Part shown: in pieces, positions 48,037-57,250 of the stretch
Numbering within the stretch: position 1 is the first letter of the stretch
How the letters are laid out: each line of letters begins with the position of its first letter
Assembly (NCBI GenBank): GCA_963717505.1
Contig: OY970342.1
Location: forward strand, 937,551-1,001,550
Source of the DNA: Candidatus Eiseniibacteriota bacterium
Lineage (GTDB): Bacteria; Eisenbacteria; RBG-16-71-46
DNA: 64,000 bases
Direction of reading: 5' to 3'
Translations under genes and position numbers: made by a program
Notes under the pieces: generated by a model
Database searches by the model: none
Told to the model about the DNA's origin: nothing
The model's input: only the letters and a program-made list of their open reading frames with translations

Positions 48037-48699
48037 ATGGCGGATCGTATTCACCGAACTCGAAGGGCCCGGTCGCGTCTGGCGGCTGCGTTGGCGTGTG
48101 GATTCCTGCTGCTGGCGGCCTCGGCCCTCGCCGCCAGCACCCCCGATTCCACATCGGTCCAGAGCAATCGTGTCTACTCGGTCAAGGATTCGCCCGGCTA
48201 CTTCCCGCCGGCGGACCCCGAGTCAGCGTCGGTTCGCATCGGGCGCCGGGTGAATGCGCCACTGATCAAGAAGTCCTTCAACGGCGGCGGCGCCAGCATG
48301 AAGGAACTCGGGACGATGATCTGCCGAGTGTTCGAGCGCACCCCAAAGGTGGATTCGCTGATGATGCTGTCGGTCTCGCGCGACGAGTTCGAAGTGATCC
48401 TGTGGCCGGAGTTCCCGCAGAGCCGGCCCGCCACCGGGTTGACCGGCGAGGATGCCTGGCGCGTGCTGTACCCGCGGTTGGTCAACGGCAACAACAGCGC
48501 GCTGATCAGCTACGGCGGCGGACTCTACGAGTTCCTGCGCTTCGAGGTCGATTCGGTGGCGAAATACAAGAACTTCAAGCTGCACAACGGGGTGACGCTG
48601 GTGGCTCGCGGTGCGGACGGCGAAGAAACGCGGATGGACTGGATTCGTTCGATCGCCGAGCGCAGCGGCCGGTTCAAGCTCTACAGCGTACGCGACTGA
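48037..48699 (+). CDS. Small secreted hypothetical protein encoded immediately after the TonB-dependent receptor
   Basis: Signal peptide (LAAALACGFLLLAASALAAS). 220 aa. 4-nt gap after the receptor stop suggests co-transcription. Confidence 0.45.
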   Translation: MADRIHRTRRARSRLAAALACGFLLLAASALAASTPDSTSVQSNRVYSVKDSPGYFPPADPESASVRIGRRVNAPLIKKSFNGGGASMKELGTMICRVFERTPKVDSLMMLSVSRDEFEVILWPEFPQSRPATGLTGEDAWRVLYPRLVNGNNSALISYGGGLYEFLRFEVDSVAKYKNFKLHNGVTLVARGADGEETRMDWIRSIAERSGRFKLYSVRD

Positions 48700-48706
48700 G
48701 CGCGGG

Positions 48707-49603
48707 TCAGCGCAAGAACAGGATCACCACGCCCGCCACCGCGACCAGTGCCCCGATCACGGCTCGCGCCGTCACCCGCTCGCCGTGGAACCGCGCGGCG
48801 ATGAGCATCGCCAGCACCGGATAGAACGCGGTGATCGACGCCGCAACCCCGGCCTCGATGAACGACAGGGCGACCAGCGACAGCGTCACGCCAAGGAAGG
48901 GGCCGAACACCGCGCCGCCGACCATGAACCACGTGCTGGTTCGGTCCCGTAGCGCCGCGAGCGTGCGCGGGATCGCACCTTGGACCGCCGCCAGCAACGT
49001 GATCGCGATCGCGGCGGAGGTGATGCGAATCACCGTCGCCGACAGCGGATCGATGCCCGTGCGCAGGGCGAGCTTGGAGAGGACGTAGCCGCTGCCCTGG
49101 CCCATGGCGCCGAGCACACCGGCGAGCACTCCAAAGGCCACCGAGCCCTCGACGTGCGCCGGGGCCCCGCGTTCGCGCTCGTACAGCACCCAGGCGATCC
49201 CGCCGACGATCAACAGCATGCCGAGGAGTGCCAGCGGGCCCGGAATCTCGCCCAGCACCGGCAGGCCGATCACCGTGGTGAAGATCGGCGCACTCGAAGC
49301 GAGCACCGAGGCACGACCCGGACCGAGGATTACGAGTGATCGGAAGTAGAAGCTGTCGCCGAATACGAAGCCGATCAATCCACTGAGGGCCAGGATTCCG
49401 ACCTGCTCGCCGGTGGCCCAGACGGGCCAAGGACTGCCGCGTACCACCCACAGGGCGAAGCCCAGCAATCCCATCGCCACCACGATGCGCAGCCGGTTGA
49501 GCACCATGGAGCCCATGCGCTTCCCGGCGGCGGCGAACAGATTCGAGCCGGTGGCCCAGCACAACGCGGTGCCGAGCGCCGCCAGCTCGCCTGCGTAGTT
49601 CAC
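48707..49603 (-). CDS. DMT-superfamily (EamA-type) transporter
   Basis: 10 TM helices in two EamA repeats. Confidence 0.8.
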   Translation of the reverse strand: MNYAGELAALGTALCWATGSNLFAAAGKRMGSMVLNRLRIVVAMGLLGFALWVVRGSPWPVWATGEQVGILALSGLIGFVFGDSFYFRSLVILGPGRASVLASSAPIFTTVIGLPVLGEIPGPLALLGMLLIVGGIAWVLYERERGAPAHVEGSVAFGVLAGVLGAMGQGSGYVLSKLALRTGIDPLSATVIRITSAAIAITLLAAVQGAIPRTLAALRDRTSTWFMVGGAVFGPFLGVTLSLVALSFIEAGVAASITAFYPVLAMLIAARFHGERVTARAVIGALVAVAGVVILFLR

Positions 49604-50421
49604 TCGAAGCGGGTCGCCCTACGGGCCGACGGAGGCGCGCCGAACTTGGCCTCGCGCTTCTCCCCGAACGCAAATATGCCCTCGGCGGAATCCGGGGATT
49701 TCCAGCACGCCTCCTGAGCATCGATCTCGGCCGCCAGAACCTGCTCGACCGAGCTGCCGAGCGAGGCGCGCAGCAGGCGCTTGGCCTCGCGCAGGCTGGT
49801 CTGCGGCGCGGCCGCAAGCCGGCGCGCGAGTGCCTGGGTTTCGACCGCGAGTCGCGTACCGGAGACCACACGATTCACGAGCCCGATGCGATGTGCTTCA
49901 CGCGCGTCGACCGGCTCGCCCGTCCAACACAGCTCCTGCGCCTTGGCCAGCCCGACCAGGCGCGGCAGGTGGTAGGCACCGCCCCAGTCGATGCACAACC
50001 CGATGTTGACGAAGCTGACGATGAAGCTCGCGGTCTCCGACGCGATCCGCAGGTCGCACGCCAGGGCCAGACACATGCCGCCGCCGGCTGCCACGCCGTT
50101 GACCGCCGCGATCGTCGGACCGGGAAACACATCGAGTCGTCGCACGACTTCACGCCCGGCTTCGAGCAGGGGGCGCAGACCGTCGTAGCCCGCCTCGCGC
50201 GCCTTCAGGTCCATCATGAAACGCACGTCGCCGCCGGCGCTGAACGCCCGCCCGGCGCCGGTGATCACCAGCACGCGCGCCTCGGGATTCGACGCGAGGT
50301 GGTCGAGCCCGGCGACGATCTGCTCGCGCATGTCGTCGGCGAACGAGTTGAGCTTCTCCGGACGATTGATGGTCAGCGTGCCGACACCGTCGCGAACTTC
50401 AGTGAGGATGCGGTCGGACAT
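49600..50421 (-). CDS. Enoyl-CoA hydratase/isomerase family protein
   Basis: Crotonase motifs (ITGAGRAFSAGGDV, AAVNGVAAGGGMCLALACDLRIA). Confidence 0.8.
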   Translation of the reverse strand: MSDRILTEVRDGVGTLTINRPEKLNSFADDMREQIVAGLDHLASNPEARVLVITGAGRAFSAGGDVRFMMDLKAREAGYDGLRPLLEAGREVVRRLDVFPGPTIAAVNGVAAGGGMCLALACDLRIASETASFIVSFVNIGLCIDWGGAYHLPRLVGLAKAQELCWTGEPVDAREAHRIGLVNRVVSGTRLAVETQALARRLAAAPQTSLREAKRLLRASLGSSVEQVLAAEIDAQEACWKSPDSAEGIFAFGEKREAKFGAPPSARRATRFE

Positions 50422-50543
50422 TCCTTGTCTCCTCCCCGGGTCGAGATTCCCCCGGCGCAGGATACAACCGCCACGCGCCGGCGGCGATCCGGTTTCCCGG
50501 ACGAGGTTTGTGGGTGATGCCCAGGGCTCACTATGATCCGCCG

Positions 50544-50960
50544 ATGCCCGCACGCGTCAGTGACACCATGGCTTCGCTCGGCCTGCTGATCCTGCGATTG
50601 TTCGCCGGCGGCATCCTGATCTACGGCCATGGCTGGCCCAAGCTCATGAAATGGCGCGAGGCGGCTGCGACCTTCCCCGATCCGATCGGGATTGGTTCGG
50701 TGGCGGGATTCTGGCTCGTGGCCGCCGCCGAAACCCTGTGCAGTGCGCTGGTCCTGCTGGGCTGGTTCACACGCGTGGCCTGCGTGCTCCCGATCGGGTT
50801 CTTTCTGATCGCCTTCTTTGTTCAGCACGCGGCGGACCCGTTCCGCCAGAAGGAGCTGGCGCTCCTGTTCCTCGCCGTGTTCGCGTGTCTGTTCTTCACC
50901 GGCCCCGGCCGGTTCGCGCTCGACGAAAAGTTCGGGCCGAGGTTCTCGTTCCGGGGCTGA
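50544..50960 (+). CDS. DoxX-family membrane protein
   Basis: Four TM helices. LRLFAGGILIYGHGWPKL motif typical of DoxX. Confidence 0.7.
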   Translation: MPARVSDTMASLGLLILRLFAGGILIYGHGWPKLMKWREAAATFPDPIGIGSVAGFWLVAAAETLCSALVLLGWFTRVACVLPIGFFLIAFFVQHAADPFRQKELALLFLAVFACLFFTGPGRFALDEKFGPRFSFRG

Positions 50961-50963
50961 CGA

Positions 50964-51575
50964 CTACGCCGCCGCCGCCGCCGGCCGGCGCGAGGTGCCG
51001 CGCTTCCACTCGAGCCACTTGACCCAAGCGTTCTCGAACTCGTTCGCGACACTGCTGCCGTTCACCGACTTGAACACGCCCATCGGACGTTCGGTGCAGG
51101 CGCGCGCGAACGGCGCGTAGACTCCGACCGCGCGGACCTGAACCACGCTGTGTCCCGGCGCGGGGTCGCGGTCGGCGCCGGCGCGCGTGGTGAACGTGAC
51201 CTGGTCGCCGTTGGCGTAGGTGGTGACGATGTCCATCCAGCGGCCGGAGGTTGCATGGTCGTAGAGCGCAGCGTGCACGCAGTGAGTCGGGTGCGCGAGC
51301 AGCCGGATCGTGACGTCGCGGGCGCCGTCGAACGTGAAGCACCCCGCGTCCTCGAAGCCCTGATCGGTCAGCGCGTTCGCGGTCCGCTCCAACCACTCGG
51401 ACACGACGATCGACCGCCTCTCGAGCGGCACGACCCGGATCGCCTCGGGAAGCCGTGAGGCGTCGAACAGCCTCAGGTACGCGGGGGGCCGAGTCCGCGC
51501 GCGGCGGCGGCGATGAACGCCCCACGCAACGCCCGCAACGGCCAGCACACCCGCAGCCAAAGCGAATCCGTTCAT
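50964..51575 (-). CDS. Hypothetical membrane-anchored protein
   Basis: N-terminal TM helix (FALAAGVLAVAGVAWGV). Normal composition. No family recognised. Confidence 0.35.
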   Translation of the reverse strand: MNGFALAAGVLAVAGVAWGVHRRRRARTRPPAYLRLFDASRLPEAIRVVPLERRSIVVSEWLERTANALTDQGFEDAGCFTFDGARDVTIRLLAHPTHCVHAALYDHATSGRWMDIVTTYANGDQVTFTTRAGADRDPAPGHSVVQVRAVGVYAPFARACTERPMGVFKSVNGSSVANEFENAWVKWLEWKRGTSRRPAAAAA

Positions 51576-51823
51576 GGCGCTCTCCCGGCCACGCGGCCTG
51601 GAATTCGCCTGCCACGATCCCAAGGCTGCAGGTTTCGTACCGTGCGCCGAACCCCATCTGCGAACGCATCGTCCGCTGCCCCGCGCATCCGGCTTCCGCC
51701 CGCATTCCGGGCGGGTGAATGTCGCGATCACCCACCACTCGCGTAAGCCCTTGCGAGTGCGCCCGGGTGGGCGATTGCGCGCGCAGCATTGCAGGCTGCA
51801 CGGAGCCCGCATACGGTTCGCCC

Positions 51824-52756
51824 ATGCCGGAACTTCCGGACATCACTCTCTACGTCGAGCATCTCGAGCGTCGGATCGCCGGCGCCACCCTGGTCAGCGC
51901 TCAGGTGGTCGGCGCGAACTTGCTGCGGACGGTCGAGCCGGCGCTCGACGCCGGGCACGGACGGCGGGTGCACTCGGTCGACCGGATCGGCAAGCGCATC
52001 GCGATCGGCTTCGAAGGCGGGCTCTACTTCGTTCTTCACCTGATGATCTCTGGGCGCCTGCAGTGGCGGGACCGGGATGCTCCCCCTCGGCGCGCGGCCG
52101 CACCCGCTCCCGGTCGCCCCCGGCCCCGACTCGGACGCAATGGCCTCGCGGCCTTCGAGTTCTCGACCGGCCTCCTGACGCTGACCGAGACCAGTCGCCA
52201 CCAACGCGCGGCACTCCACGTCGTCCAGGGCGAATCGGCGGCCCGATCCCTCGGCGCCGGCGGGGTCGAACCGCTGGAAGCCGACGCGGCGGCATTCCGC
52301 GCGGCGTTGGGCCGCGAGAACCACACGCTCAAACGCGCGCTCACCGATCCGCGCATGTTCAGCGGGATCGGCAACGCCTACTCCGACGAGATCCTGCATC
52401 GCGCGCGCCTGTCGCCACTCCAGTGGACGTCGCGGCTCGACGACGGTGAGATCGAACGATTGCGCGACGCCACGCGCGCGGTGCTGGTCGAGTGGACCGA
52501 CCGGTTGCGCCGCGAGTGCGGCGACGCGTTCCCTCGAGAAGTGACCGCTTTCCGCGAAGGCATGGCCGTGCATGGCCGGTTCCGGAAACCCTGTCCGGCG
52601 TGCGGAACACCGATCCAGCGCATCGTCTACGCGGAGCACGAAACCAACTACTGCGCGCGCTGCCAGACCGGGGGGCGTCTGCTCGCGGACCGCGCTCGGT
52701 CGCGTCTGCTCGGCAGCGATTGGCCGCGCACGCTCGAGGAGCTGGAGGAGCGCTAG
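51824..52756 (+). CDS. Fpg/Nei-family DNA glycosylase/AP lyase
   Basis: Catalytic N-terminal MPELPD. H2TH region. C-terminal zinc finger C..C...C..C (CPACGT...CARCQ). Confidence 0.8.
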   Translation: MPELPDITLYVEHLERRIAGATLVSAQVVGANLLRTVEPALDAGHGRRVHSVDRIGKRIAIGFEGGLYFVLHLMISGRLQWRDRDAPPRRAAAPAPGRPRPRLGRNGLAAFEFSTGLLTLTETSRHQRAALHVVQGESAARSLGAGGVEPLEADAAAFRAALGRENHTLKRALTDPRMFSGIGNAYSDEILHRARLSPLQWTSRLDDGEIERLRDATRAVLVEWTDRLRRECGDAFPREVTAFREGMAVHGRFRKPCPACGTPIQRIVYAEHETNYCARCQTGGRLLADRARSRLLGSDWPRTLEELEER

Positions 52757-52835
52757 GAGATCGCTGCGCGCCCGGCGGCGCCCTTGGACTCCGGTGCCGC
52801 ACTCGCGTGTCGCAAAGCGTTTGACGTCCCGGCGA

Positions 52836-53873
52836 CTACGCCGCGCGGCGCAGATTGCGCCAGCGGGCGGGCTTACCCTGATGATTCCAGACCGCGCGCG
52901 AGTGCGGGAGGAACTCGATGGGACGCGCGTCCGGATTCGGCTTCTCCTCGCGCTCGGCGGCCTCACGGGGCGCGACCATGAACGCCCAGCCGGTCTCCGC
53001 GTCGCGGGCCAGCTGTGCGGCGAGCCGCAAGGCGCGCAGGTACTCGAACAGCGCGGCCCCGAGTGCCGCGACCTGGAGCGCGATCAACGGCCAGCGCCGG
53101 CGCAGATAGTCCCCGATCGCGGAGGGCTGGAACAGCAGGATGCCGATCCACGCGACCAAGCCCAGAATGCCGATCAGCACCCAGTGATTTGGCCAGCGCA
53201 GGTGCCGGATGTGCTCCTCCAGCTCGCCGCGTTCCGAGTCGTTGAGCGTGCGACGCACGATCTCGGCGTCCGGGGCGCCCTCGAGCCACGCGACCTCACG
53301 CGGCACGGAGACGCGCAGCGAGTACTGGGGTAGTGCCGCGACCTCGCTGAGCGTCACCGGCTCGAAACGAACCTCGCGTCCGCGGCGGACCATCACGCAT
53401 GACGACACCGGGAGCACGTCGAGCCACTGGGTTACCCCGGGCTCGTCGCGCAGGACCCCCGCGGCCAGCAGGCGCGCCTGCTCGTCGTCGAGGGTTTCGC
53501 CGTCGTCGATCCGGCCGGCAAAGCGCAGCAACTCGCCGTGTTCGAGGTCGCCACGGAATCGGGCGCGTTCGCGCCAGCGGTCACGAATGACCAGTCCGAG
53601 CACCGCTGGGAGCACGATCGCAGCCAGCAGGACGCCGGCCCCACGCATCACCAGGTCCAGGGTCGAAGGGGCCGCGGGGCCCCAGGTCAGCAGGGTGAGC
53701 GCGGCGAGCATCGTGGTCGGGATCCCGGCGAGTGCCAGCCCCAGGTCTCGGGAATGCAAGGCAATCGAGCGCTCGAGGATGGTGCGCTCGGCCACGGTAT
53801 AGGGCCGGGATTCCTCGAGTCGGAGCCCGGCGCACCAGTGTTCGGTCCGAAGGTCGTCGCGCTCGGCTGTCAT
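52836..53873 (-). CDS. Hypothetical membrane protein
   Basis: Several TM helices. No recognisable family. First ATG taken as the start. Confidence 0.4.
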   Translation of the reverse strand: MTAERDDLRTEHWCAGLRLEESRPYTVAERTILERSIALHSRDLGLALAGIPTTMLAALTLLTWGPAAPSTLDLVMRGAGVLLAAIVLPAVLGLVIRDRWRERARFRGDLEHGELLRFAGRIDDGETLDDEQARLLAAGVLRDEPGVTQWLDVLPVSSCVMVRRGREVRFEPVTLSEVAALPQYSLRVSVPREVAWLEGAPDAEIVRRTLNDSERGELEEHIRHLRWPNHWVLIGILGLVAWIGILLFQPSAIGDYLRRRWPLIALQVAALGAALFEYLRALRLAAQLARDAETGWAFMVAPREAAEREEKPNPDARPIEFLPHSRAVWNHQGKPARWRNLRRAA

Positions 53874-54137
53874 GCCATGAGTAATCGGCACGAATCGGCC
53901 GGCGGACCAGGGGCTTGCCCTGATCCGCCGCTTGAATAACGCACTCTCCCCCGGCCTCCGACGGCGACTTTCATGGTTTTCCTCCTTCCTTCGATGGGGG
54001 ATACTCCTCGGGTCTTCATCCCATGGCTTAAGCGGGCGCCAGTGGGAAGGGACCGTTCTAAAACCGGTCTAGTATTGCTTTAGAATGAACCCCACTCCAG
54101 CCGCGTCCGCAGTGTGTCGCAGAAGTGAGGTAATGCC

Positions 54138-54824
54138 ATGGAATCCAAAGATCTAGCCCGTCAGGTCACAGCCCTGGCCGTCCTGAACGAGCCGGCCCGC
54201 CGGAGGCTCTATCTCTACGTAGCGGATCAGGATGGAGAGGTCAGCCGCGAGGAAGCGGCGCAGGCGATAGGGATCTCTCGTCCCCTGGCGGCCTTCCATC
54301 TGGACAAGCTGGTCGAGGCCGGGCTCCTGGAATCCGACTTTCGAAGGCTCTCCGGTCGGTCGGGGCCGGGGGCCGGGAGGCCCTCGAAGCTCTATCGCCG
54401 GGCAACCGCCCAGTTCGATGTCAGCCTGCCGCCTCGTCGCTACGAGCTGGCGGCCCATCTCATGGCGAAAGCCCTGGCTGAGGCTGGGGCCATCGAGCAC
54501 CTGATCGGTGCGGCTCGCGACTGGGGAAAGCGGTTGGCCTGCGACCTGGCGGCGAGCGCCCGCGAGCTGCTGCCGATGAAGCGCGCCACCCACGCGCTGG
54601 AGGCCTGCGGCTTCGAACCTCGCTCGAAGCCGTGCGGAACGGTGGTCCTGCACAACTGCCCTTTCGCCTCGCTGCGCCGGGATCGCAAAGAGGTCATCTG
54701 CAACATGAACCTTGCCCTGGTTCTGGGCCTGCTCGAAGGGTTGGAGCTCCGCGGAATCGAGGCGCGGCTCACTCCCAGCCCGGACGCCTGTTGCGTGACG
54801 CTGGTCGATCAACCGAAGGAATAG
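54138..54824 (+). CDS. Winged-helix transcriptional regulator (ArsR/MarR-like N-terminal HTH with Cys-containing C-terminal domain)
   Basis: N-terminal wHTH (LAVLNEPARRRLYLYVADQ...SREEAAQAIGISRPLAAFHLDKLVEAGLL). C-terminal CGTVVLHNCPF...ICNMN and ACC cysteines. Sits after a 264-nt lower-GC intergenic region. Confidence 0.55.
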   Translation: MESKDLARQVTALAVLNEPARRRLYLYVADQDGEVSREEAAQAIGISRPLAAFHLDKLVEAGLLESDFRRLSGRSGPGAGRPSKLYRRATAQFDVSLPPRRYELAAHLMAKALAEAGAIEHLIGAARDWGKRLACDLAASARELLPMKRATHALEACGFEPRSKPCGTVVLHNCPFASLRRDRKEVICNMNLALVLGLLEGLELRGIEARLTPSPDACCVTLVDQPKE

Positions 54825-54851
54825 TCCCCGCCGCGGAGCGGGCTTGGATCA

Positions 54852-56036
54852 CTAGACGCGCTCGAACAACACCGCCATCCCCTGTCCGCCGCTCACGCAC
54901 AGGGTCGCGATCCCGTAGCGGCCCTTGATGCGCTCCAGCTCGGACAGCAGCTCGACGACGATGCGCGCGCCGCTGCAGCCGGTCGGATGGCCGAGCGCGA
55001 TCCCGCCACCATTCGGATTCAAGCGCTCACGATCGAACTCGAGCTCGCGGTCGCAGGCCAGGACCTGTGCGGCGAACGCCTCGTTGAGCTCGACCACGTC
55101 GACCTGGCTCAGCGACAGGCCGTGGCGGTCGAGCAGCTTGCGCACCGCGGGCACCGGACTGATGCCCATGCGCGCCGGGTCGACGCCGACCGAGGTGTAG
55201 CCGAGCAGCGCCCCGAGAGGCTCGGCGCCGTGGCGCTTGGCTGCGGCTTCCGACAGCACCACGATCGCCGCGGCGCCGTCGGTGATCGCGGAGGCGTTGG
55301 CCGCGGTGATCGTGCCGTCCTTCTTGAACACCGGCCGGAGCTTCGCCATCTCCTCGAGCGAGGCATCGGCGCGGAAGTGCTCGTCGCGTTCGACCGCGGT
55401 CGCGCGCTTGCCTTCGCCAACCGTCACCGGGACGATCTCGCGCGCGAAGCGCCCTTCGCTCCATGCGCGCGCTGCACGCTGATTGCTGGCGAGCGCGTAG
55501 CGGTCCTGCTCCTCGCGCGGAATGCCGTATTCGACCGCCAGCGTTTCGGCGGTCTCGCCCATCAACTGGTTGCACAGCGGGCACAGGTAGCCATCACGGT
55601 ACATGCTGTCGACCAGCGTTTCGTCGCCGAGCTTCTTGCCCCAGCGCACGTCGAGCGCCAGGAACGGCACGCTCGACATGTGCTCGGTGCCTCCCGCAAG
55701 CACGACGTCGGCATCGCCGAGGCGGATGCTCTGCGCCGCCGACACGATCGACTGGAGGCCCGAGGCGCATGCTTTGTTGATCGTGTACGCCGGAACCTCG
55801 TCGGGAAGTCCGGCGCGGCGTCCGATCTGGCGCGCGATGTTGGGGCCGTTGCCGGCCTGGCGCGCGCAACCGAAGATCACTTCGTCGAACGCCGCGGCGG
55901 GCACCCGCGAGCGCTCGACCGCGGCGCGAGCCGCAGCGCCGCCCAGGGCGGCAGAGCTGGACTGGGCCAGTGCGCCGCCGAAATTGCCGATCGGAGTTCG
56001 TGTGGGTGCGGTGAGCAGGACTCGCGTCATGTCCAC
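54852..56036 (-). CDS. Acetyl-CoA C-acetyltransferase (thiolase II)
   Basis: Active-site Cys region INKACASGLQ. C-terminal NEAFAAQ...GHPTGCSGARI...CVSGGQG. Confidence 0.9.
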   Translation of the reverse strand: MDMTRVLLTAPTRTPIGNFGGALAQSSSAALGGAAARAAVERSRVPAAAFDEVIFGCARQAGNGPNIARQIGRRAGLPDEVPAYTINKACASGLQSIVSAAQSIRLGDADVVLAGGTEHMSSVPFLALDVRWGKKLGDETLVDSMYRDGYLCPLCNQLMGETAETLAVEYGIPREEQDRYALASNQRAARAWSEGRFAREIVPVTVGEGKRATAVERDEHFRADASLEEMAKLRPVFKKDGTITAANASAITDGAAAIVVLSEAAAKRHGAEPLGALLGYTSVGVDPARMGISPVPAVRKLLDRHGLSLSQVDVVELNEAFAAQVLACDRELEFDRERLNPNGGGIALGHPTGCSGARIVVELLSELERIKGRYGIATLCVSGGQGMAVLFERV

Positions 56037-57046
56037 CGGCGGAAGAACAGGGCTTCCTTGGCGATCGGCTCGGTGCGCGCGGTCAGCGCCGCCATTTCAT
56101 TCGCGTTGATGGGATTGAACGAGCGGGCGAGCGCGATGTTCTCCTCGAGCTGAGCGATCGAATCGCAGCCGACGATCACGGTGCTCACCGGCAACGACAA
56201 CACGTAGTCCATCGCCTGGCGCATGGTGATCCGGCCCTTGCCGCTCCCCGAGTGCGGCGCGGTCGAGATCAGCCGTCCGCGTGCCGGGACCTTCATGCCG
56301 ATGATTCCCATTTTCTTCTCGACCGCCATCGGCAGCAGCTCGGATGCGAAACTCAGGTGGTGCGGATCGGCGGCATTGAGCGCCATCAGGATGGTGTCGA
56401 ACGGAAAGCGATGAATCGCCTCTTTCAGCACGTCGGGATCAGCATGCCCGGTGACGCCCAGGAAACGCACGATCTTCTGCTCGCGGGCCTGCAGCAGCGC
56501 TTCGACCGCGCCGCCGGGCGCGAAGATCCGATCGACCTGTTCCATTCGCTCGAGGTTGTGGATCTGCCACAGGTCGAGGTGGTCCGTCTGCAGCAGCTCG
56601 AGCGACTTCTCGAGCAATCTCAATGAACCGTCGCGCGTGCGGTCGTGCGTCTTGGTCGCGAGGAACGCTTCCTTGCGACGCCGCACCATGACCTCGCCGA
56701 TGTAGCGTTCGCTCCAGCGCTCGTCCCCGCCGTAGCGTGCCGAGGTGTCGATGTAGTTCACGCCCAGGTCGAGCGCACGATCGATGATCGGCACCGCGAC
56801 GTCGGCGTTGTGGACTTCCTCGATCGCGCTCTGGCCACCGAGGCTGAAGAGGCCGACGCGGTATCCGGTCTGTCCCAGATTGCGCGTGGGCATTTCGGGC
56901 TTGGCGGCCGGAGCGACTTTCTTCGACGGCGTTTCCGCGGCGTTGGCGAGATTTGCTGCCAGGAAGCCGAGGCCCCCGGCGGTGCCCAGCTTGAGGAAGC
57001 CGCGGCGGTCGAGACCCTGGGCGTCACGGGGTTCTTGCTTGCTCAT
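56027..57046 (-). CDS. Aldo/keto reductase with twin-arginine (Tat) signal peptide
   Basis: RRGFLKLGTAGGLGFLAANLANA Tat signal. AKR TIM-barrel motifs (GVNYIDTSARYG, IHNL). Confidence 0.8.
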   Translation of the reverse strand: MSKQEPRDAQGLDRRGFLKLGTAGGLGFLAANLANAAETPSKKVAPAAKPEMPTRNLGQTGYRVGLFSLGGQSAIEEVHNADVAVPIIDRALDLGVNYIDTSARYGGDERWSERYIGEVMVRRRKEAFLATKTHDRTRDGSLRLLEKSLELLQTDHLDLWQIHNLERMEQVDRIFAPGGAVEALLQAREQKIVRFLGVTGHADPDVLKEAIHRFPFDTILMALNAADPHHLSFASELLPMAVEKKMGIIGMKVPARGRLISTAPHSGSGKGRITMRQAMDYVLSLPVSTVIVGCDSIAQLEENIALARSFNPINANEMAALTARTEPIAKEALFFRRWT

Positions 57047-57250
57047 GAGGTGCCTCGGTCGTGGATGGTGTGACGTGGCCGGCTCATTCTAGCGCCATCC
57101 CGGGCAGCGAACACACCGCCCGCGGCGGGTGGCTCATGCGAGGCGGCCGCCCTACCAGGCCCCGGCACCGCGAAAACCGTGGACGCTAGGGTTGCGGCTG
57201 TGCTCTGCTCTTGGTGGGTCTTCTGTCACGCCCCTACCCCCGAGAGCCGC

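Noticed and set aside
53900-53974. Small minus-strand ORF with a GGAGGAAAA RBS (MKVAVGGRGRVRYSSGGSGQAPGPPADSCRLLMA)
   Set aside because: Gly/Arg-rich with no conservation evidence, and it overlaps the likely promoter region. Probably noise.
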